Shown here: positions 28,620-37,552 of the stretch, piece by piece
How the letters are laid out: each line of letters opens with the position of its first letter
How positions within the stretch are numbered: the stretch's first letter is position 1
Source: Acidobacteriota bacterium
GTDB taxonomy: Bacteria > Acidobacteriota > UBA6911 > RPQK01 > JAJDTT01
NCBI GenBank assembly: GCA_965209055.1
Contig: OZ242374.1
Location: 3,936,001 to 4,000,000, forward strand
Length of the DNA: 64,000 bases
Reading direction: 5' to 3'
Program-made: the position numbers and the translations under genes
The notes under the pieces: generated by a model
What the model was told of the DNA's origin: nothing
The model's input: only the letters and a program-made list of their open reading frames with translations
Databases searched by the model: none

Positions 28620-29917
28620 AACCTTATCGATTCCGTCGATCCCAAGAGCTGTACCAGGAGGCATGCAAGGTTCTGGCCGGGGGCGTCAGCAGCCATTTTC
28701 GTACCCTGGGACGTCCCCATCCCATGTTCTTCTCCGAAGGGCGGGGAGCCCGGGTCCGGGACGTGGACGGCAACGAGTACATCGACTTCACCCTGAGCCA
28801 GGGACCCATGCTGCTGGGACATTCCCACCCGGAAGTCCTGGAGCGGGTCCGGGTCGAGCAGTCCAGGGGACAGCTTTTTGCGGCCCAGAGCGAGCTGGAG
28901 ATCGAGCTGGCGCGGCTTATGACCCGGGTTCTGCCCGGCGCCGATCTGGTGCGGTTCTCCAACAGCGGGTCCGACGCGGCTCATGCGGCCTTTCGCATGG
29001 CCCGGGCCCTGACCGGAAAGCGAAAGATCCTCAAGTTCGAGGGCCACTACCACGGATGGTTCGACGACATCTTCCTGGACGTCAAGCCGGCGGGGGACGG
29101 TTCAGGATACCGGACCTCTCTTCTCACCGGAGGGCAACCCGCCTCGGTTCTCGACCAGGTCGTCGTCCTTCCCTGGAACGATCTGCAGGTGGTCCGGGAG
29201 ACCCTGGAGCGGGATCCCGAGATCGCCGCTGTCGTCACCGAACCCATCATGTGCAACAACAGTTGCATCCTCCCGGAGCCCGGTTATTTGGAGGGACTTC
29301 GGGAACTCTGCACCCGGCACGGTGTGGTGCTCATCTTCGACGAGGTCATCACCGGTTTCCGTGTTGCCCTGGGAGGGGCACAGGAACTGCTGGGAGTCCA
29401 GTCCGATTTGTCGATCTACGGCAAGGCCATGGCCAGCGGCTTTCCCCTCAGCCTGGTCGCCGGAAGACGATCCTTCATGGAGTGCCTGGCGGACGGCCGG
29501 GTGATCCACGCCGGGACCATGAACGCGAATATCCCCGTTCTGGCGGCTTCTCTGGCTTCGGTCGAGATTCTGACCCGTGAGCGAAGCGAGTTGTACCCGA
29601 GAATCACCCGGCTCGGACGGCGTCTGATGGAGGGCCTTCAGGCCCGGGCCCGCGCTCAAGGCCTTCCCTTGCTGGTCCAAGGACTCGGGCCCGTGTTTCA
29701 CACCGGGTTTTCGACCCGGGAATCGATCCGAAACTACCGCCAGTGCGCCGGCTACGACGCCGGACTGATGGATGAGTTTGCTTACGGCCTGCTCCGAAGA
29801 GGGGTTCGGATCATCGGAAGGGGGCTCTGGTTCGTCTCGGCTGCCCTCACCGGGGACGACGTGGAAACGGTGTTGGAGACGGCGGAAGAGGTCTTCGAGG
29901 AGATGACGAGGAGGTGA
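28616..29917 (+). CDS. Class III PLP aminotransferase, glutamate-1-semialdehyde aminomutase-like
   Basis: DVDGNEYIDF, LLGH, RFSNSGSDA, FEGHYHG, IFDEVITGFR, GKAMASGFP; start overlaps the upstream stop. Confidence 0.88.
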   Translation: MKPYRFRRSQELYQEACKVLAGGVSSHFRTLGRPHPMFFSEGRGARVRDVDGNEYIDFTLSQGPMLLGHSHPEVLERVRVEQSRGQLFAAQSELEIELARLMTRVLPGADLVRFSNSGSDAAHAAFRMARALTGKRKILKFEGHYHGWFDDIFLDVKPAGDGSGYRTSLLTGGQPASVLDQVVVLPWNDLQVVRETLERDPEIAAVVTEPIMCNNSCILPEPGYLEGLRELCTRHGVVLIFDEVITGFRVALGGAQELLGVQSDLSIYGKAMASGFPLSLVAGRRSFMECLADGRVIHAGTMNANIPVLAASLASVEILTRERSELYPRITRLGRRLMEGLQARARAQGLPLLVQGLGPVFHTGFSTRESIRNYRQCAGYDAGLMDEFAYGLLRRGVRIIGRGLWFVSAALTGDDVETVLETAEEVFEEMTRR

Positions 29918-29922
29918 AACGC

Positions 29923-29947
29923 CGGAGCGGGTCGTCACCCGGCTCCG
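29923..29947 (+). terminator. Possible stem-loop after the operon
   Basis: CGGAGC-GGGT-CGTC-ACCC-G-GCTCCG, an imperfect hairpin 5 nt after the stop; no U-tract. Confidence 0.3.
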
Positions 29948-30021
29948 AATTCAGGCCGATTCTGGTCTTTCCGTATGGACTGTGCTAAAAATGACACATA
30001 TTTCCCACCAGGAGGGACACG

Positions 30022-30687
30022 ATGCGCGGTTTTAAGATCATCTTGATGTCTTTGGTCATTCTCTCGATTCCGGCTTGCTCCGGGCCGGCCGGAGGAGATG
30101 TCGCCAAGGCCCCGGAAGAAAAGCCCGAGCCGCCACCTCCGGCAGGGGATCCGGTGGTGACGATCCAGACCATCAAGGGGGACATCGTCATCCGATTGCG
30201 TCCCGATCTTGCGCCCAATACCGCGGAACGGTTCAAGATCATGGCGATGGCGGGATTCTACAACCGCTCCACCTTTCACTACGTGAGCCGGGGCTTCATC
30301 CAGGGAGGAGATCCGTTCTCCAAGGACAACGATCCCTACAACGATGGCAAGGGCAACGCCGCCGAGTGGATCAACGCGGAGTTCCAAGAGGATTACGACG
30401 TGGGGCGCGGGGCCGTGGGCATGATGCGCAAGGACACTCAACCCGACTCGTCGAGCTGTCAGTTCTTCATCGTCCTTCGCCGCAAGAGTGAGTGGGACGG
30501 CAAGTACAACATCTTCGGCGAAGTGATCGAAGGGATGGAGGTGGCCGACGCCATCGGAGACTCTCCCATCGTCAAGAACGACCGGAAGTTGAACAACTAT
30601 CCGACCGCCAAGATGACCATCAAGCGGATGAGAGTCGACTACCGGGAGTTCCCGGAAGAGACGGCCACCGAAGCCAGCGCGGGATAG
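30022..30687 (+). CDS. Cyclophilin-type peptidyl-prolyl isomerase, lipoprotein
   Basis: Lipobox IPAC; APNT, GFYN..TFH, FIQGGDP, QFFI, YNIFGEVIEGM. Confidence 0.92.
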   Translation: MRGFKIILMSLVILSIPACSGPAGGDVAKAPEEKPEPPPPAGDPVVTIQTIKGDIVIRLRPDLAPNTAERFKIMAMAGFYNRSTFHYVSRGFIQGGDPFSKDNDPYNDGKGNAAEWINAEFQEDYDVGRGAVGMMRKDTQPDSSSCQFFIVLRRKSEWDGKYNIFGEVIEGMEVADAIGDSPIVKNDRKLNNYPTAKMTIKRMRVDYREFPEETATEASAG

Positions 30688-31010
30688 CCGGGCGTCCTGA
30701 TCGAAACGGGTCAATTGGTCCCGCCGAAGCTGCAGACCGGCCGGCTCGGGAACGGACTGGCCGGAAGGTCTTTTCCTGCACGGCTGGATTGATTTCCGCC
30801 TGAGTCCCGGATCCAGATACAAATCCCAACTCTTCGGAATTTCTTCCGGCTGCCTCTCTCCGCGAGGTTGCCGCAGTCGGATCTCCGTCCGCTTCGATTT
30901 GACATTGTTTCGGGGGGTTTCGTACCTTGACACGCTATTGAACGGGTTCCGTGCCGGTGAGAATGCGGAAACCGGATCCGGGGCGGGAGCGGGAAACAAG
31001 AGGAGCACGA

Positions 31011-31769
31011 ATGAGCTTGTCAGGGAAAGTCGCCCTGGTCACGGGCGCCAATCGGGGGATCGGACGAGGTTGCGCTCTGGAGATGGCCCGCCGGGGGGCG
31101 GACATTGCCGTCAACTACCGGAGCCACGGAGACGAGGCGGAAGAGGTCGCGGCCGAGGTGCGATCCCTGGGCCGGCGGGCCATCGTGCTGCAGGCGGACG
31201 TGTCGGACCGCCAACAGGATCGGGAACTGGTCTCCGCCACGGTGGAGCAACTGGGACGGCTCGACATCCTGGTGGCCAACGCCGCGGTCAGCAGGCGCAA
31301 ACCATTCGTGGATCTGAGCGTCGCGGACATGCAGTTGACTCTGGATGTCTGCCTTTGGGGCGTGATCCATTGCTGTCAGTTTGCAGCCCGCCAGATGTTG
31401 TCCCAGGGCCAGGGCGGAAACATCGTCATCATCAGTTCGGTCCACGCTTATCTCCCCATCGTGAATTCCATTCCCTACAACATCGCCAAGGCCGGAATCA
31501 ATCATATGGGCCGGACCCTGGCCATGGAGCTGGTGAAGGACGGGATCAGGGTCAATGTCGTGGAACCGGGGTGGATCGACACGCCCGGAGAACGCAAGTA
31601 CGCCACCGAAGAACAGATCAGGGAAGCGGGGATGAAGCTGCCCATGGGCCGCCTCGGGACCATCGAAGAAATCGGCAAGGGGGTCGCCTACCTGGTCAGT
31701 GATGACGCCAGCTACGTGACCGGTTCGATCCTCCGGATCGACGGAGGCTTCGTGCTGCCCCGTCCCTGA
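31011..31769 (+). CDS. Classical short-chain dehydrogenase/reductase
   Basis: TGANRGIG, LDILVANA, YNIAK, IRVNVVEPGWIDT; GAGGAG RBS before ATG 31011. Confidence 0.93.
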   Translation: MSLSGKVALVTGANRGIGRGCALEMARRGADIAVNYRSHGDEAEEVAAEVRSLGRRAIVLQADVSDRQQDRELVSATVEQLGRLDILVANAAVSRRKPFVDLSVADMQLTLDVCLWGVIHCCQFAARQMLSQGQGGNIVIISSVHAYLPIVNSIPYNIAKAGINHMGRTLAMELVKDGIRVNVVEPGWIDTPGERKYATEEQIREAGMKLPMGRLGTIEEIGKGVAYLVSDDASYVTGSILRIDGGFVLPRP

Positions 31770-31848
31770 TCGGAATTCGGCCGCGCTATCACGACGGCGG
31801 CGGTCCAACGCCATCATTCAGACAGTCAAAGAACACTCTTCCCTCGCC

Positions 31849-32733
31849 TCAGACCCGGACGACGGGATTTTCCAGGATTCCGATGTCTTCGATTTCGATT
31901 CTGACCCGGTCTCCCGGCTGAAGGGAGAACTCCTGATGCGGAACGATTCCGGTTCCCGTCAGGACCACGGTTCCGTCCGGGACCGTATTGTGCCGGGTGA
32001 GGAATCCGGCCAGTTCTTCGCAGGTTCTGACCATCCGGGAGGTGGAAGTCTCCCCCGAGAATACCCGGTCGCCGTCGCGGAATATTTCGCAGCTTACGGC
32101 CAGGTTGTGGGGATCGGCAACGGACCCGGCGCTCACGATGCAAGGGCCGATGGAGCAGCATCGGCGGTAGATCTTGGCTTGGGGGAGGTAGAGGGGGTTG
32201 GCTCCCTCGATGGAACGGCTGCTCACGTCGTTGCCCGCCGTGAAGCCGGTGATTCGCCCGTCATGGAGGATGAAGGCCAACTCGGCTTCCGGCACGTCCC
32301 AGCCGGAATCCCCGCGAACGCCGACCGCCTCTCCGGGGCCGACGCAACGGGCCGGGGTCGCCTTGAGAAAAATCTCGGGTCGTTCGGCCCGGTAGACCTT
32401 GGCGTAGGGATCGGGGGTTTCGCTTTCCCGCTCCCGCTCGTCCCGGCTCTTGCGATAGGTGACGCCGGCCGCCCAGACTTCGGGTGGAACCAGTGGACGG
32501 CCGAGTTGCAGACCCTGGCCCATCAGCTCCTCGGACGAAACCCGCCGGTCGCCGTTCCGCAGCAGGTTCCCCACCAGGCCGTCCACGCTTTGGCCCATGA
32601 GACGGGCCCAGCGGACCAGATCGGTGAAGCCTTCAACGGGAGCATCGCGGGTCAGATCGAACAGTCCGCCTGTTCCGTCTTCCACGATGAGATGGACATC
32701 GCCCTGGGCGTTCCGGTAGCGGAAATACTTCAT
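31849..32733 (-). CDS. Fumarylacetoacetate hydrolase family protein, 2-keto-3-deoxy-pentonate dehydratase-like
   Basis: EVWAAGVTY..SR, YAKVYRAERPEIFLK, VPEAEL, GNDVSSRSIEGANPLYLPQAK, TGTGIVP. Confidence 0.88.
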   Translation of the reverse strand: MKYFRYRNAQGDVHLIVEDGTGGLFDLTRDAPVEGFTDLVRWARLMGQSVDGLVGNLLRNGDRRVSSEELMGQGLQLGRPLVPPEVWAAGVTYRKSRDERERESETPDPYAKVYRAERPEIFLKATPARCVGPGEAVGVRGDSGWDVPEAELAFILHDGRITGFTAGNDVSSRSIEGANPLYLPQAKIYRRCCSIGPCIVSAGSVADPHNLAVSCEIFRDGDRVFSGETSTSRMVRTCEELAGFLTRHNTVPDGTVVLTGTGIVPHQEFSLQPGDRVRIEIEDIGILENPVVRV

Positions 32734-32897
32734 GGAGTCCTCCAGCAGTTTGTCGAGGGTCTAATCTCACACGTTGCCGGACCGGTTCGCAACTGGACTT
32801 TTCGCGGGTACTTGTTGGACCATACCGGCGGTGCCGGGATCCGGCGTGCGGGCCGGCCGGCCATTGATGAGGCGGGTCCGTCCCCGGGGGAATCGAG

Positions 32898-34397
32898 ATG
32901 AGCGCATCGCAGGAATGGTTTGACGAGCAGAGCAGGGAACTGGTCCATCTGGAGAGCGTTCTGGAGGTGCTCGGCTGGGACCAGAATACCACCATGCCTT
33001 CGAGTGGAGCCGGTGCCCGGGCCCAACAGAGTGCCTCCCTGGCGGCCCTCTATCACCAGAGGCTCACTCGGCCCCGTTGGGCAGAGGTTTTGGACGAGCT
33101 CGAGTCCAGAGAGCAGGACGAGTGGACAGGAGCGGCCGTCCGGGAGATGAGGCGGAGATACGACCGGGCGACGCGCATCCCCGAGGCTCTGGTCCGGGAT
33201 TTGGCGGAAACGACGTCGCTGGGATACGAGGCCTGGGTCGCGGCCCGGAAGGACTCCGATTTCGAGGGATTTCGGCCCTGGCTGGAGCGAATTCTGCGTC
33301 TCAAGCGTCAGGAGGCCGCCTGTCTGGCGACCGGTGACTGTCTCTATGACGCTCTACTGGACGACTACGAACCGGGGATGACCGTCAGTGAGCTGGACCC
33401 TGTTTTCTCCCGCCTGCGGCCGGAGTTGACACGGTTGCTGGGCAGAATCCAGGAGTCGACCCGACAGCCACCGGCCGGGATGTTGAAGGGACACTATCCC
33501 AGAGCCGCTCAGGAGGCGTTCGGACGCAGTGTCCTGACCGCCATTGGGTTCGACTGGAAGGCAGGCCGGCTGGATGTGTCTCCTCATCCATTCTGCTGCG
33601 GATTCTCTCCTCAGGATGTACGCATCACGACCCGATACGGGGAAGACTCCTTTGTCTCCTCCTTTTTCGGCATCGTTCACGAGGGCGGCCATGCCCTCTA
33701 CGAACAGGGACTGGGTGGAGAGCGGTATGGTTCTCCCGCCTGCCAATCCATCTCTCTGGGCATACACGAGTCCCAGTCCCGGCTCTGGGAAAACCAGGTG
33801 GCTCGAAGCCTTCCTTTTTGGGAGTACTGGTACCCGAAACTTCGCAATGTCTTTCCCGGGCAGTTGGACACGGTCCCGCTGGATTCTTTCCTGAGAGGAG
33901 TCAATCAAGTCGAGGCCAGCCTGATCCGCGTCGAAGCCGACGAGGTCACGTACGGGTTGCACATCATTTTGCGTTACGAGTTGGAAAAGGCCCTTCTGGA
34001 CCAGGATCTTCCGGTTTCGGACCTGGAGGGGATCTGGGTCGAACGCATGCGGGAGTACCTGGGAATCGTACCCGGCAACGCCGCCGACGGGGTGCTCCAG
34101 GACACCCACTGGTCCTGCGGGCTCGTCGGCTACTTCCCCACTTACCTTTTGGGAAACCTGTATGCGGCGCAGATCTACGCCCGGGCGCGCCAGTTGTTCC
34201 CCGACCTGGACTCACAATTTTCTGCCGGCCGGTACCTTGCCCTGAGGGAATGGCTGCGGGAGCGGATCCACCGGAAGGGGAGAACCCGAACCGCCGGGGA
34301 GTTGATTCTGGAGATCAGCGGAGAACCCTTGGATTCTCGTTTCCTGCTGAACTATCTGGAGGGGAAGTTTTCCCGGCTGTACCAACTCGACGGCTGA
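32898..34397 (+). CDS. Carboxypeptidase M32 (Taq-like)
   Basis: HPF, DVRITT, HEGGHALYEQG, HESQSRLWEN, IRVEADE, QDTHW, GYFPTY. Confidence 0.95.
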   Translation: MSASQEWFDEQSRELVHLESVLEVLGWDQNTTMPSSGAGARAQQSASLAALYHQRLTRPRWAEVLDELESREQDEWTGAAVREMRRRYDRATRIPEALVRDLAETTSLGYEAWVAARKDSDFEGFRPWLERILRLKRQEAACLATGDCLYDALLDDYEPGMTVSELDPVFSRLRPELTRLLGRIQESTRQPPAGMLKGHYPRAAQEAFGRSVLTAIGFDWKAGRLDVSPHPFCCGFSPQDVRITTRYGEDSFVSSFFGIVHEGGHALYEQGLGGERYGSPACQSISLGIHESQSRLWENQVARSLPFWEYWYPKLRNVFPGQLDTVPLDSFLRGVNQVEASLIRVEADEVTYGLHIILRYELEKALLDQDLPVSDLEGIWVERMREYLGIVPGNAADGVLQDTHWSCGLVGYFPTYLLGNLYAAQIYARARQLFPDLDSQFSAGRYLALREWLRERIHRKGRTRTAGELILEISGEPLDSRFLLNYLEGKFSRLYQLDG

Positions 34398-34416
34398 TCC
34401 CCGAGGAAGGAAGCCC

Positions 34417-35844
34417 ATGGACAAGGAGGAACTCAGGCGGCAATTGGAGGCCATCGTGGGAGAGGACAAGGTCCAGTCCCACCCCTCCGAACTCGTGGTC
34501 TATGAGTGCGACGCGCTGATCTTTCACCGGCGCCCGCCCGATTTCGTGGTCTATCCGTCGACCGCCCGGCAGATCCAGGAGATCGTTCGGCTCGCCTATG
34601 CCAACGACGTTCCCTACCTTCCACGGGGCGCCGGAACCAGTCTCAGCGGCGGCGCTGTTCCCATCAGCGGCGGCATTCTGATCCAGCTCTCCCATCTGAA
34701 CCGGATCCTCGAGGTCAACGCCCGGGAGCGTTATGCCGTGGTGGAACCGGGCGTGATCAATCTGGAACTCTCGGAACAGGTCAAGCCGCAGGGTCTCTAC
34801 TTCGCGCCCGACCCGTCCAGCCAGAGCACCTGCACTGTCGGCGGAAACATCGGCGCCAATGCCGGAGGGCCGCACTGCCTCAAATATGGCACGACGGTTC
34901 TGCATGTCCTGGCCGCCGAGGTGGTGACCCCCGAGGGAGACCTGGTGCAGTTGGGGAGTCCTCAAGGCGAGAATGCCGGCTTCGACTTGACGGGACTGTT
35001 CACCGGAAGCGAAGGGACCCTGGGGATTCTGACCAAGGCCTGGGTCCGGCTGCTGCCACTCCCGGAGCAGGTCAAGACGTTCCTGGCCGATTTTACCAGC
35101 ATGGCGGACGCCACCCGGGCGGTGAGCGGCATCATCGCCCGGGGCATCATCCCGGCTGCCATGGAGATCATCGATCAGTTGACGATCCAGGCCGTGGAAG
35201 ACTCACACTATGCCGCCGGGTACCCCACCGATGCGGCGGCCGTGCTGTTGGTGGAACTGGACGGGTTGGGGTGCGAGATCGAGGACACCGAGGGTCTCAT
35301 CGACCGGATCCTCAGGAACAATGGTGCTCGAGAGGTTCTGGTGGCTCGCGACGAGGCGCAGCGGGCCAAGCTCTGGGCTGGCCGGAAGAAAGCCTACGGC
35401 GCCTTTGGGCGGCTGGCCAGGAACTTCTATCTCCAGGACACGGTGGTTCCCCGGACCCGCCTGACCGAAGTGTTGGAGAAGATTTACGCCATCGCCGACA
35501 AATACGACTTTTCGGTGATCAACGTCTTCCATGCCGGCGACGGAAACCTGCATCCCATGCTTCCGTACGACGCCAGCGATCCCCAGGACGTGGACCGGGT
35601 CCTGAAGGCCGCCGAGGAGATGGTCCGGGCTTCCATCGAAGCCGGAGGATCGCTCAGCGGGGAACACGGGGTGGGCCTGGAGAAGAGAGACCTCATGCCC
35701 TACCTGTTCACGGATGACGACTTGGAGGTCATGCGCGGCATCCGGCAGCTCTTCGACCCCAAGCAGCTCTGCAATCCCGAAAAGATCCTGCCGACGACCA
35801 AGGTCTGCATGGAGTTCCGGGAAAAGGGCGCCTTCATGCTCTAG
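34417..35844 (+). CDS. glcD: FAD-linked oxidase, glycolate oxidase GlcD-like
   Basis: RGAGTSLSGG, PDPSS, NAGGPHCLKYG, GSEGTLG, HAGDGNLHP, GEHGVG. No glcE/F adjacent. Confidence 0.85.
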   Translation: MDKEELRRQLEAIVGEDKVQSHPSELVVYECDALIFHRRPPDFVVYPSTARQIQEIVRLAYANDVPYLPRGAGTSLSGGAVPISGGILIQLSHLNRILEVNARERYAVVEPGVINLELSEQVKPQGLYFAPDPSSQSTCTVGGNIGANAGGPHCLKYGTTVLHVLAAEVVTPEGDLVQLGSPQGENAGFDLTGLFTGSEGTLGILTKAWVRLLPLPEQVKTFLADFTSMADATRAVSGIIARGIIPAAMEIIDQLTIQAVEDSHYAAGYPTDAAAVLLVELDGLGCEIEDTEGLIDRILRNNGAREVLVARDEAQRAKLWAGRKKAYGAFGRLARNFYLQDTVVPRTRLTEVLEKIYAIADKYDFSVINVFHAGDGNLHPMLPYDASDPQDVDRVLKAAEEMVRASIEAGGSLSGEHGVGLEKRDLMPYLFTDDDLEVMRGIRQLFDPKQLCNPEKILPTTKVCMEFREKGAFML

Positions 35845-35866
35845 GCCGCATTTCTACCAGGTCGCT

Positions 35867-37156
35867 ATGCGTTTGACGAAAGTGAGCCACTTTTTGAACA
35901 GATACGCGAGTTTTGACGGCCGGCTGCTTTCGATCCTGCTGGGAGTCTGGATCCTGGGCGCCTGCAGCGAATCGGCGCCGGCTCCGTCCCCGCCTTCCCG
36001 TCCGACGTTGCGTCTGGGCAGCGACCGGCTCTTCGAGGAACCGTATCTGGGCTGGATCCAAGGGAAATCGGTAGGGCTGATCGCCAACCACACGGCGCTG
36101 AACTCCAGGCTGGAAGCGGTTGCCGGCGTGCTCGCAAGCCGCCCCGGGATCAAGGTGAAGGCCATATTCTCTCCCGAACACGGTTTTTCAGGTGATGTCC
36201 AGGCCGGCGTGCTCGTGCCCCATCAGTCCCGGGTCTACAGCCTCTATGGAGCGCACCGTTCGCCGACGGCGGAAATGCTCCGTGGCGTCGATCTGCTGAT
36301 CTACGACATCCAGGACGTGGGAGTTCGTTTCTACACGTACATCTCCACACTCTACGAGTGCATGAAGGCGGCGGCCCGTGAGGGGATCCCCCTGGTCGTC
36401 CTGGACCGCCCCAATCCCATCGATGGCGACCGGGTCGAGGGACCGCTTCTGGATACGAGTCTCGTCTCATTTGTGGGCGTTCATCCCCTCCCCATCCGGT
36501 ATGGAATGACGGTGGGAGAACTGGCCCGCCTCTTCAATCACGAAGGGGAACTGGAATGCGATCTGAGGGTGGTCCCCATGCAGGGCTGGCACCGTTCCCG
36601 ATGGTTTGACGAGACCGGTCTGGTCTGGGTTCCTCCGTCTCCCAACATGCCCACCCTGACCACGGCGACTCTCTACCCCGGATTCTGCCTGGTGGAAGGA
36701 ACGAATCTTTCCGAAGGCAGAGGAACGACTCGTCCGTTCCAACTGGTGGGCGCCCCCTGGCTCGACGCCCCGCGTCTGGCGGAATCACTCAATGCCCTCG
36801 GGCTGGCGGGAGCCTATTTCCGGGTCCAATCCTTCACCCCGACCTTCTCCAAATTCAAGGGCCAGATCTGCCGGGGCGTCCAGATCCACATCGTGGACCG
36901 GGACCGTTTCGATCCCATCTCCTGCGTCCTGCACTTTCTCCGGCAGACGCTCGATCTGCACCCCGGGGAGTTGGAGTTCCAGGATCAAATGTTCGATCGG
37001 CTGGCGGGGCAACCCGGTCTCAGAACCGGTCTCCTGCAGGGGGTCCCGGTGGAACAGGCTGTGTCTTCGTGGCGGTCCGGATTGGAGTCATTCCGGGAAC
37101 GGAGAGCCCGGCATCTCTTATATCCGCAGGATGACGGGATTTGGAAAGAGAGATGA
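35867..37156 (+). CDS. namZ: Exo-beta-N-acetylmuramidase NamZ (DUF1343/YbbC) family lipoprotein
   Basis: Lipobox LGAC; FSPEHG, YSLYG, DIQDVGVRFYTY, LDRPNP, PSPNMP, EGTNLSEGRGT. Confidence 0.9.
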   Translation: MRLTKVSHFLNRYASFDGRLLSILLGVWILGACSESAPAPSPPSRPTLRLGSDRLFEEPYLGWIQGKSVGLIANHTALNSRLEAVAGVLASRPGIKVKAIFSPEHGFSGDVQAGVLVPHQSRVYSLYGAHRSPTAEMLRGVDLLIYDIQDVGVRFYTYISTLYECMKAAAREGIPLVVLDRPNPIDGDRVEGPLLDTSLVSFVGVHPLPIRYGMTVGELARLFNHEGELECDLRVVPMQGWHRSRWFDETGLVWVPPSPNMPTLTTATLYPGFCLVEGTNLSEGRGTTRPFQLVGAPWLDAPRLAESLNALGLAGAYFRVQSFTPTFSKFKGQICRGVQIHIVDRDRFDPISCVLHFLRQTLDLHPGELEFQDQMFDRLAGQPGLRTGLLQGVPVEQAVSSWRSGLESFRERRARHLLYPQDDGIWKER

Positions 37157-37190
37157 GGAGAGAACGGATTTGGCGGTTCCAGTGGACCAT

Positions 37191-37208
37191 GTCGAAAAGG
37201 AGCTTCAC
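37191..37208 (-). pseudogene. Six-codon remnant of a DUF5615/VapC45-like PIN toxin
   Basis: GTG overlaps the antitoxin TGA (GTGA) and reads MKLLFD, after which PIN similarity disappears and the frame runs antisense into namZ. Confidence 0.55.
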
Positions 37209-37432
37209 CGGGGCGGGATCGGAATGAGCCTGCGCTCACGCTCCGCGGCGAACGCCAGCACTGCTAGGATGTCTTCCTGTTCCAATGCCGGGAAATCCGC
37301 CAGGATTTCCGACTGTGTCATGCCGGAGGCCAAATACTCAAGAATATCGTACACCGTAATCCTGAGTCCGCGAATGCACGGCTTCCCGCTCCGCTTGTCC
37401 GGCTCCAGAGTGATGCGATCCAAATGGTTCAT
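37205..37432 (-). CDS. DUF433 family antitoxin
   Basis: RITLEPDKRSGKPCIRGLRITVYDILEYLASGMT.SEILADFPAL..EDI.A.LAFAA. Confidence 0.95.
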   Translation of the reverse strand: MNHLDRITLEPDKRSGKPCIRGLRITVYDILEYLASGMTQSEILADFPALEQEDILAVLAFAAERERRLIPIPPR

Positions 37433-37552
37433 GCCTCAGAGTAGCCTAAGGCCGGATCAAGGGTCAAAAGGCCCCAAAGAGCGACAACAAATTTCAGACT
37501 TGGTTGAGTCCACTTCGACTCTCCATCCAGTGCGGTCACAGGGGACTGCGCA

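Noticed and set aside
28616-29917. Gene symbol hemL
   Set aside because: The family match is clear, but several motifs diverge from typical HemL and no other hem genes are nearby.
30688-31010. ncRNA in the 320-nt intergenic region
   Set aside because: No tRNA/SRP/tmRNA/6S hallmarks; only a possible TTGACA-18-TACCTT promoter at 30899-30928.
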